Shown: positions 1 through 10,719 of the stretch, one piece after another
Layout: every line of letters begins with the position of its first letter
How positions within the stretch are numbered: position 1 is the stretch's first letter
NCBI GenBank assembly: GCA_051362555.1
Contig: CM120640.1
Location: forward strand, 6,138,001-6,202,000
DNA: 64,000 bases
Direction: 5' to 3'
Origin: Lingula anatina
Lineage: Eukaryota; Animalia; Brachiopoda
The notes under the pieces: generated by a model
Database searches by the model: none
Told to the model about the DNA's origin: nothing
The model's input: the letters and a program-made list of their open reading frames with translations, nothing else
Translations under genes and position numbers: made by a program

Positions 1-260
1 TTAACACTACAGAAAAAATATTCAACTGTGCTAATGATAACCGTTGAGACAATTTACCAATTCATTAAACATGACTTACATTTATTCTGTCACTGTTTCG
101 TTTTAATAAGTTGGCTTATGAAGTTCTGTTGTTTTGAAATGGTGCAAGAAGAACGAAAATGACAAGCGTAATGCACATGTAATTGTAATATATCATTTTT
201 ACTCGTAAAGAGAAAATGAGTGGCACATTATGTCTCATACCTATATCTTGTCTTGCACAG

Positions 261-1030
261 AGGTCGCTGAGGAGTTCCAGCAAAAAGCTCTCGCCGTGCT
301 GAACCTGGAGGCCAAGCCAACCCACGAGTTCAGCCAAGATGGCGACAAGTACACCCTAAAAACTATCACCGGCACGAAGACAGAAGAGATGACATTCAAA
401 CTGGGGGAGGAGTTTGAACACACTGCCTTTGACGGGAGAACTGGCAAGGTGAGCGCCACACGGAAACTTAATAATGTCTTCCCTTCTTTAAATAAAGACT
501 AGGTGACAGAGTGACATATTCAATTATAAAGAAATATAAAGATTTATAAAGATTTATTAATTTATTTTTTCATTCATTTTGTGTGGTAGAGGCACAAGAT
601 GGAGTACAACCTGGGTGAGTTAGCAGATTGCGACAGCTTCTCAAACACATTTGCCCATTTAATTTTAGGTCTTGTTAACAATGGACGGTGATGTGTTAGT
701 TGAGAAGTGGACGATGAACGACCTTGTTTCCCTCAACAAACGTGTCGTGAGCGGAGATGAATTGACTTATGTAAGTAACATGCCACATTACCAACGTCGA
801 TTTTTCTGGTTCTGACAGTAACATGTTTAAGTAAGGGAAGAGTCGAACAGTTTGGAATAATCTTACCTTTCTCTATGTCAGAGAAACAAATTAAGAAACA
901 CAAAATACGATTTTTAAAACTGACGCTGAGAAGCATGCACGTCACACAAAATATTTAACTAACTATTGTTATTTTTCAGACTTTGACAGCCAAAGACGTC
1001 GTCTGCACAAGAAAATACAACCGCGTGTAG
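261..1030 (+). CDS. Fatty acid-binding protein (iLBP family) gene 1, exons 2-4; exon 1 presumably upstream of the window
   Basis: Exons 261-448, 669-770, 980-1030 with AG/GT sites. Translation includes FKLGEEFEHTAFDGR and TLTAKDVVCTRKYNRV* (R-x-Y ligand motif). Typical FABP exon layout. AATAAA at about 1160. Confidence 0.93.
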
Positions 1031-2799
1031 GGACCATCAGCGCCACGACTTCCTTCAAAAATAGACTTCTTCCTGGGCACAGATCAGACGCTGAGACCCA
1101 GTGACAAACTGCAGAAACTGCTTTTTTTCTTTTCATTTTTGCAATCAGCATCATCGCCGAATAAACACACTCACCTATTACAAACAGCAAAGTGTATAAT
1201 TCCTGGTCGGCCAGTAATCCATAGCTTTCCCTGGCTTTCCTTGGGTGATCAGCTCTGTGGCGTACGTGCAGGACGGGATCACACGGGCTCATGGCAGTGA
1301 CTGTGATAGTTTGCTTCTCTACTTGACAGAAACGGCTTTTTACAGCGCATTTCAGAATAATTTTACACGCGTAAAAAGTCGGTAAGGCACTGGCGGGCAA
1401 CGTTCAGTGATAACACCCCGGCTGCAACTTAAGCAAAAGAAGGTCGTTTTGATACATGCTTCGACACAAAACACGTTAGTATTGGTGATAATGCCGCATT
1501 CGGCGTTATTTCAGTGAAAATATGCGTAACGAATACAATAAAATCTTGGGGTTATCATCAACACGTGCATTGGCGTTTTTAATTTCTCATAGTTTATTTT
1601 CTTTAATGTATCCCATGCTTCTTGACAATTAAAATGCATACATATTATTTGGGCACATTTTTAAGGAAAATATAACAGCTTAGGAAATGTTTTTTTTTTT
1701 TATTTACTGGATAAAGTCATCTTGATTCAAGGCAAAATAGCATTAGCAAAACCACTCGCTCCGAATGTTATGTCGTTTCTTCAAAGAAATGCAGCATATT
1801 CAAGAAATGTTTTGTTATTTACTGGTTCTAAGTAAATCGATTCAAAGGAAGTTAATTGCGGAACCTCTTACCTTAAAAGTTAAACCAGACTGGTTTTCCG
1901 TAAAACAATTGGGGGGGGGGGGTCAATAATCGTGAAACAAAGATAAAGACAGATAAAAAAGCAAGATAAAATAATATTTCAAATGCCCACCACTACTTAA
2001 ATGAAAACACACTCAAACAAAAGAACGTACGGGAAACACGACCCAAGTTTTCTTTGATGTGATATTTCCTCCAATTATAGGCCGACAATGTGTATACCTC
2101 TTCAATGCACGTCACATTTGAACATATTGCCTCTTCATTAGGAATATACATCCGAAGGCTTAAGAGCTGCAACAAAAACTAATTTTTCACAAAGTTTAGT
2201 GGTGGTTGTTCCGATACAGTTCTTCGATTGTTGTTTATCAAAATTGCATCTTTTTTACATCTATTCTTAGTTTCATCCTAAGATCTAATAAACGTTATAT
2301 TAGATCTTAGTTTCATCTTACTTGTTTTATTTTCAATCACACTGCCTATTTGGCTTAATATACTGTATTTGTAAAGCACAGTGATATTTTATGGTAATGA
2401 TTTTTATCATTCTTATTATCATAAAAATAAATAATTTCCCATTTTGTTCCTTTACATCATTTGCTTCCTCCGTTCTTGTCTCAATCCAATGTATTATAAC
2501 GCTATCCGGCGTGCTACAGCATGTGATGACTTTCAAGCCTCCCACAGGTTGCCAGACGTGACACGCAGTTCTTAGTATAGTACGTGCGTCATTACTAATG
2601 TAATGTTATGACTGGTCAACCAACTTCCCGACCTGCAACTTCTGCAACTTGAACAAAATATATCTAAAATATAGCTCTTGCAATTTGAATTTTAATATAA
2701 ATCAATTTCAAAAATTACGATTTCATATGAAAAAAATAATACGAAAGTAAAAAAATGTTAAACATGCCACCCCGTCATGCTTATAATCTATACACAACG

Positions 2800-2800
<1 letters not shown>

Positions 2801-2878
<78 letters not shown>
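2801..2878. repeat. (TA)n microsatellite
   Basis: Uninterrupted TA run. Confidence 0.98.
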
Positions 2879-2886
<8 letters not shown>

Positions 2887-3833
2887 GATGGTAATTACCA
2901 TCTTATCGTAATGGCCGTCAGTAATATATATACTACGTACTTCACTAGATCAATTGGTAGAATTGCATGATATGGTTTGGGAGCATTTCAGCTTATTACT
3001 TTCTATCTCTCTCTTACCGATTTGGCGGAATAGAAGATCAGATAAGTATCCTTTATTAAAATGATCGGGACAAAATTGTTAATTAAAAAAGTAAAATAAT
3101 GTGCTTTTACCATGAAGAGCCAGTCTGTGAACCAGTAGTGATCAGTGTCAGGTCTTAGGCCTCAGAACTGAAAAGGATGATGATGATTATGGTGCTTGAG
3201 AAAATATTAAAATAAGGTTCTCCTCAAATGTTTAAAAGGCATTTGAAGGTTGTCATTCCACCACTACCCAGTGACCTCTACTGATATCTGATGTTCTGAT
3301 TCTGATTCCTGCGCAAAAAAAATATTTGTAAAATAGGGAAAGCTGAGGCATAAAAGAGAAATGTCATTTATTCAAGTTTGTCATGGAGGATATCCCACCA
3401 ATCCCAAGGCACACAATCGTCTCGGGGTGATGACCAGTGTCCAGCATGGGCCAATCTGTCCTCTGCCAAGACGGAGGACACTGGTTACCACAACTACTGC
3501 CCCCCTTCCCCCAGGTATCCGTATCTGAAACAGTTGGGATTTTCGTGCGTGGAGCCTGTGATATGCGTCACGAACTGTTCCACCTACAATGGAGACGAGG
3601 TAGTAGTCTGCCCAGATACCACAGCACCATAGTCATCAGAGGCAGAGATAGCTGTATCAATCTGTCACGATTACTATCTATTTCAGTCCGCCAACGTCCC
3701 GTGATTACCAGACCAACAATCACCGTGCTCTCGTGATACACGGTGGAGCATATAAACCACGTTCACCCCTAAAACGGCCACTAAACAAGTCCAGCAACTC
3801 TACCTTAAACTTTTTCTATTAAACGGTGACAGC

Positions 3834-6151
3834 ATGGAGGCAATCTGTGGAGACTGGATGCTGTGCGGCAGTGACAACCTTACTGCCTACCTGGTCGCTC
3901 TAAGTAAGAAACGATGAATGTATACCTATCTACTTTTATTTATAAGTTCATAGCATGAAGGCAATTTGATTAATCCTCTTAGCTCATGATCAAAGCTCAA
4001 GACTATATAGTTTGCCGATGATAATATTAGACGAGCATTAACTTTTTGAGAGACGAAACAATCACCACTGTGATTAGAAAAAGTACGATTGCATAAAGCG
4101 CCTGGAGTCACTCAAGTCTGCGTTGGAATGAAAAAAAAAACAGAATTTTCTAATGTAGCAAGCTAATGCCAAACATTCTAGTAGGTCCAAGGACATTGTA
4201 TCAAACATATTTTTCGTTGTTTTAAAAATCGTTGCAAATATAATACCATTGATAAATTTTAATACCGCGAGCATAAGGAGCTGCACAGGAATCCTGTTTG
4301 TTCTGACCCCGTAAAACGCTGCATTAACTTTGTTCCGTGTTCTGCGACTGTCATTTATAAGCGCTGTCGAAACAGGATGTCATAATCAAAAAAGTCAAGT
4401 TTTGTTTTTAACCACTGGCATTCTTGTTTTTTGGATATATATAGGATGTGGCGTATGTTGAATAATCTCATATACAGACACTTTGTCAAGTTCTCTTTAT
4501 TGTTTTTGTAATTTTACTCGGGCTTGTACAAATTTATTTTGATGTTAAGACTTCCCTTTTACTAACAAATAGAAATATTCTTTCTAGGAAAAAGAACATG
4601 AGTTTTTGGTTCGTTGCCAAAATTTAATTTTCTTTTCTCCTTTTTTCTTTTTCTTTCTTCCATTCCTTTTTCTTTCTTTCTTCCTTTCTTTTTTGCTTTT
4701 TTCTTGCGTTCATTCATACTATTATTCGCAATCTACGAACCAATTCCTTAAACCATTTTTTTTTTCAACAGATGTGACAGAAGAAAATATTAAGAAGGTG
4801 ACCGATGCCCAGGAAGAGGCGTTTAAGAGCGGTGACACCCCCAAGGTCCAGATCAGCAAGGACGGGGACACGATGACCATCAAGTCACACGCCTGGGGGG
4901 ATAGAGTGACCTCAGCCAAACTTGGTGAAACATTCGAGCACACAGCAATGGACGGCAGGAAGGGAAAGGTATCTACTTTTATCACTCCATGTTAATGTTA
5001 GACTACCAGCTTTCCATACGAATCGTTAAGATACAGTGAGCTTTGAAGTAAACAAATAACCGTATTTATGTAGCCAAATGTTCAAACACGCAACAAAGCT
5101 GGAATTTTGCTCAAAAGTAAATTAAAAATTAGTTCTTCTGACTGAAAAGTGCCATTTATTAAAATGACGAAACGAAATATGAAACGAAATTACAAAATGA
5201 GGCTATAATAAAGCAACAAAAAATTATGCTATCATACGATGGAGCAGAAAAAAGTTGGCAAAGGGGAGAACAAGTGATGAGTGTTCAATTTAAAATGTTA
5301 GGCAGAATTATATTAAAACATTTGTTAAACAACGATAACGCGTTTTAACCTGCCCTTGTGCAGGGTAATCATCACATAGAGGGACGGGAACTTATCTCTG
5401 TCCTCATTGTTGTACAGATCACAGGTAGATATTATGATCTGATAATAGTGATTATGGATTTCTGCATTAATCCAGACAGAGTCATTTGATTAAAGCGTAT
5501 CAGCATGCCGACCATGTGGTATGCGAATGGATCCTTTTATCTGAAACTGTCACCGAGATGGCGAGAGGGGGATAGTGAGAGGGATGGGGTTAGGGAGGGA
5601 GATAAAAAGGACAATAGAAATGATTGCCCGAAAGTTCATCGGTCTTAATATTTATCCGGCCAGAATTTATTGATCGAGAGAGAGATGGAGAGATTCAACA
5701 TATTTCATATTGCATTTTAGCTCACCTACAGCATGGAAGGCAACACTCTCCTGGAAGTGTTTGAGGGCGAGGGCCTCATCTCAATGAACAGGAGATGGAT
5801 CCAGGAAGACAAACTGGTCTACGTAAGTATGCTTCTGTTATAATGCGCGAGAAAAAGGATTCTCTTTTAAGGATGCGACTGACTACTTCATTCTTTTGCA
5901 AATTATTTGCTGTTCCTGCGTTTATACGCTAGGGGCAGTGAAGGATTTGACCATCATTTTATCCAAATACATACGGAATCTTTGATCATACTAATGTCAG
6001 CTAAACATCGTCGAAGCTGCCTCTACTTATTTTATTTTTACTGCCAATAGAGCTTGAAATTTACCGGTATCTATTTCAAATGCTCTTTCATTCATTTCAG
6101 ACGCTGACTGCCAAAGGCATCACAACAACACGCGTGTATAAGAAGCAGTAG
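3834..6151 (+). CDS. Fatty acid-binding protein gene 2, complete, 139 aa
   Basis: Exons 3834-3903, 4772-4968, 5721-5822, 6101-6151 join in frame: MEAICGDWMLCGSDNLTAYLVAL...KLGETFEHTAMDGR...TTTRVYKKQ*. TATAAA at about 3751, AATAAA at about 6508. Confidence 0.93.
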
Positions 6152-7530
6152 TCTTTAGGCCGGTGGCTCCGACTGCATTCTCCCAGTAAATACAGGCTTG
6201 CTAAAATTGCCAGTGTTGACTGCTTTGACCCTAAAAAGGCAAACAATTGACTTCTGAACAACTTCGCTTAGAGACCCGCGTGAACCTAGAGGATGTTTGG
6301 CAATCTGTATCTTTATTACTGGAGAAACTGGGCCCTCAATGGACCCTCAAAATTAGAACTTATTTGGAGCAGCTTGATATAGTTAACGTTACAAATATCT
6401 ATGTTATCGTTGTTTTCATTGCGTAACATTTCGTATGTTTGATAGTCTATGTCTTTTTCTGTCTGTCGTCAAACTAAATGTGATACATACATAGCAAGTT
6501 TAAGGAAAATAAACTACTACAAAGAACATGATGGAGTTATTCACTTAAATATGCTTTCTCTTCATGGGGAGAAATCAGAATTGAAATATTGAATTGAAAG
6601 TAATTTGTCTAAATTAAAAGGTCTGTATTTGAATTTTATATTGTATCTTCACCAAGACAGACAGGGACAGTGATATCACCTTTTTAAAAAACACAGAGAT
6701 TCGGGCTTATAAAAACTTTATTCATACATAACTATTTCCTAAGGTATATGAGTACTTAAAATCAGCATTTATTGATAAAATGAGTGCCGGAGGGGGGGGG
6801 GAGTATTTCAATGCACTCTTCTTTACGTTGGCAGTTTGATGCATGCTTTTGCTTTGAGAAAACAGCACTGAGTCACTATTACGTCAATGTTTTTGACCCA
6901 ACTGATAATGTACCTAGGTCACAATATACAGTCTAGCCAAAAAAATTATTGAATATGGAAGTAGCAATGAAAAGAGTCCGGCAAACGACTCCGCGTTTTG
7001 CCTGCAATATGTCTGACTTGCCTTTTGTGGCCTTATAATCAGAACGGCCCTTTTCCTCCCCCAGTTTCTAAATCCAGGTTGTAAATTAAACAAGTCTTAC
7101 GATTCAGGTGATCAGCTTTTTTTTTTATAAGACAGAAATTAATCTGAAAACCGAAGCAATGTCCTTCTTGAAACTGTTTGTGTGAAAAAGGTCCGGTTTG
7201 GCACTGAGACAAGATGTAAATGATACGTATGGTTGAAGCCACGGCCTTGGCGATCCCTTTATCGATAAAGCAAAATGCCACATCGGCATTTCAATCAAGG
7301 TTGCATAACGATTTCTTCGTAAAAGGAAGATCTTGTGTGTGTTGCTACCAATTAGCATCACAAATCAACCAATCAGAGGCAAGCTTCATAAAATGCAAAA
7401 ACACAACAGTTCACAAACAGTCTATTTGATATCCCAAAAATATTTTGGATAAACTTACATTTTGAAACAAGGAAGAGTGTGAAAGAAATTAAATATCAAT
7501 TTTCAGTGCAATCCCATGTCTAGAGACCAT

Positions 7531-7540
7531 ATATATATAA
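7531..7540 (+). promoter_or_regulatory. TATA box of the polyprotein gene
   Basis: ATATATATAA about 55-60 nt upstream of ATG 7594. A CCAAT box (about 7369) and a C/EBP-like TTGCATAA (7301) lie further upstream. Confidence 0.55.
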
Positions 7541-7593
7541 CGTCGCCTGTTTCAGATAGTATCTACGTCTGATACAGCAGACTACTGTACGCG

Positions 7594-10500
7594 ATGACCG
7601 GGTTTTGGTGCATCGTCGTCTTTGGGGTGATTTTTTCACAAGTAAGAGTATATTTTTGTGAAACCTAGTTTGAAAGCAGCAATTGCCAAAGCACCATTTA
7701 GATCCAAAGAAAACATACAATTAGTGAGATCGTGCGTTACAAGTTCTAAAACGTATCATATTAGCGTTTTGACATACTTTCTGAAATATGCTTTGAAATA
7801 TTTTTACTAAATTTGCATAGAAAGGCACTTATTGATGAATGCTTAATCACACTAAACATTAACTGTTTTCTAGGGAGCATTTGGAGATGGGGTATCTGTG
7901 GAAAGGAAGTAAGTAAGGTTTAATATTTTCTACAGACAAGCTTTGAAAAAGATGATTATGAAATTATATAATCAGAGATACCATTTGTTTATACACCTTA
8001 AACTGCGTTTTTCACGGTTATTTAAAGACATTGTTGACCTCATCTTTTTATCTAGTAAACGACAGGTCAGTGTGACAAGCGAAGGTGTAAGTGTATCTCA
8101 CTCTGGCAGCTCTGGGCCGTATGATTACAGTGTCGGGGGACATGTCAACTTTAAACCCAAAAGCGTTGGTGTGCACGGTTCACTCACACGTAATTTCGAC
8201 AATGGTGGATACGTCGGTGCTAGCGGGTACAGAAATGTAGGACAGGGTGAAAGCAGTGGCGTTGGCGTCCACGGAGGGTACACCTCCCCGTCTGGTTTCA
8301 GAGTGGGTGGGGAGTTGAGACGAGACTCTAATCCTTACGGCAGTTCCACCTCAGGGAGTGCAGAATTTGGGTACGAAAGTAAAGGAGGTACCAGAGTGTC
8401 CGCTTACGGACAGAGAGACTTTCAAACTGGACACACCTCCGCTGGGCTTCGTGTCCGTATACCGTTTGGGTAAGACAGCAGTTCCATGATAATATTTGTC
8501 GCTAAAATAATGTACCAGTCGTGTGTGTGTATGGGTGTGTGTGTGTGTGTGTGTTTTTTTTACTGTGTTACGACAAGTACATTTTTAGCCGATTGCATTT
8601 GAAAAAGTAGAAAAAGCTTGAGTAGGCGATTATCAAACACTATTAGTATATATATATATTTGTTATTTGCTTGAAATAACTGTTTACAGTGCTGTAGGAT
8701 GTAAGTTATCATTATGTTCTTTTTTTGATTTATCAGGCGGAAGAAACGGGACCTGGCAGCTGAAGAAGAGGATCTGGAAGTTTTGAACAGGAGGTAAATA
8801 TGACAAATCAAAAGTTCATGGCAAACGAACATTTTGTTGGAAGAGTAATTACCACAGAAATGTGAAAGTGTAGCGCTCAATCTCAAAATTATAGTCAAAT
8901 CCTGGTCCAAAATCAGCGACTTATCTTCCAGGAAGCGCCAGACATCAGTAGACGCCCGCGCCCGTGTCAATGGAAGACGTGACTACGGTGTTGACGTGGA
9001 CGTGAACAGAAGGCATGGTAACCACCAGTACAGCGTAGGCGGCTCGTATCAACGTAGTGGTCCGTACAGAGGAACTGAGGTACGAGGAGGCTACAGCTAC
9101 ACCAACAGACGTGGCGTTCGTTTTGGCGTCGGAGGTTATCACCGCAGGGATAACTTTGGTGGCAGAGACACAGGAGTCAGGGCAGGAGTGAGCATTCCAT
9201 TTGGGTGAGTCTCTGTCATCTTACTCCTTCATTACTGTATCTTAATCATCCCACATGTAGGCCTAGACTCCGATATAATAGTACGGTATTTTGAGGCGAA
9301 TCATGAAGTAGATGTTAGTCTCTCAACGCACGTACCTGTTCCATTATTTAACATAATCCATGTAAGAATTATGGTATGCGAGGTGAGTTCACATATGACA
9401 TCGCTTAGCTTGGTGTTTCCATATGTAGGTTGAGGGAGCATTTCTAGGACCCCATTTCCAGAGATTAGATCGATCTACTTTAGATCGACCTAACTCCCTG
9501 GGGGTTCACGCTAAATAGCTGTCAGCCGTGCGGACACGAAAGTTAATTACCCCCTTACAACTTGTAGTAGGCGGGACGGACATTTAAGCCGGATTATCTG
9601 ACAGTAATCTAGTGAGACTCCCCGCGGGGATAGATCGATCTAAATGCTCTGGGAATAAAGCCTAGGAGTATAGCTGTCATATATATATGGCTGTGTGTCA
9701 GTGTGCGTGTATCAAACTGTGACGATATAAGCATTTTATACAGTGCATTTGACAAGAAAGAAAATCATTAAAAAACATTGATAAAAGTGTTTTTAAACTA
9801 GAACCTTGTTTGAAGTACAGTTTACTGTTATGGTTTGATGTCAGTTATAAATTTATTCTTTTCGGTTTAAACAGACGGAAGAGGCGAGATTTGGAAGCTG
9901 ATGAAGAGGATCTGAATGTCTTGGAAAGAAGGTAGTCTAAATATAAGGTTTGATGTTAAGAAGCCCATGTCCAAATAGGAATTTGTTAAAGCTGCGACCA
10001 TTCATTTATTAAAAATTATATTTCATAGTAGAAACAAGCGTTAATATGATTTTGTTGAATGACCTCCATGTAGTTTTTAAACGAAATAACCCTTATTAAA
10101 CAAAGAAAATTTGTTTCAAACAATTGACTTATGATAAACATAACATTGAAAAACTGCAGTAAACAGGAGCGTTTTTCGGCTTTCTTCATGGTTATTCAAA
10201 GGCACGGTTGACTTTATACATTATTATTTTTTTATCTAGTAAACGACAGAGCAGTGTAAGTGTTACTCACTCTGGCAGCTCTGGGCCGTATGATTACAGT
10301 GTCGGCGGACATGTCAACTTTAAACCCAAAAGCGTTGGTGTGCACGGTTCACTCACACGTAATTTCGACAATGGTGGCTACGTCGGTGCTAGCGGGTACA
10401 GAAATGTAGGACCGGGTGAGAGCAGCGGCGTTGGCGTCCACGGAGGGTACACCTCCCCGTCTGGTTTCAGAGTGGGTGGGGAGTTGAGACGAGACTCTAA

Positions 10501-10683
10501 TCCTTACGGAAGTTCCACCTCAGGGAGTGCAGAATTTGGATACGAAAGTAAAGGAGGTACCAGAGTGTCCGCTTACGGACAGAGGGACTTTCAAACTGGA
10601 CACACCTCCGCCGGGCTTCGTGTCCGTATACCGTTTGGGTAAGACAGCAGTTCCAAGATTTAGTTATCACGACAATTGTGAAC

Positions 10684-10719
<36 letters not shown>

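Noticed and set aside
2755-2970. YIYIYI repeat ORF (and CVCVCV ORFs at 10527 and 22481)
   Set aside because: Translations of microsatellites.
3378-3736. Cys-containing ORFs upstream of FABP gene 2 (DDQCPAWA, faintly ShK-like)
   Set aside because: Non-ATG starts, no convincing splice sites, and Cys spacing does not fit; probably promoter or old repeat sequence.
8461-8750. Neuropeptide precursor yielding short F-amide peptides
   Set aside because: Segments between polybasic sites are 88-135 aa. Internal RR pairs are not all conserved between copies (for example NRR versus NSR), although further trimming cannot be excluded.
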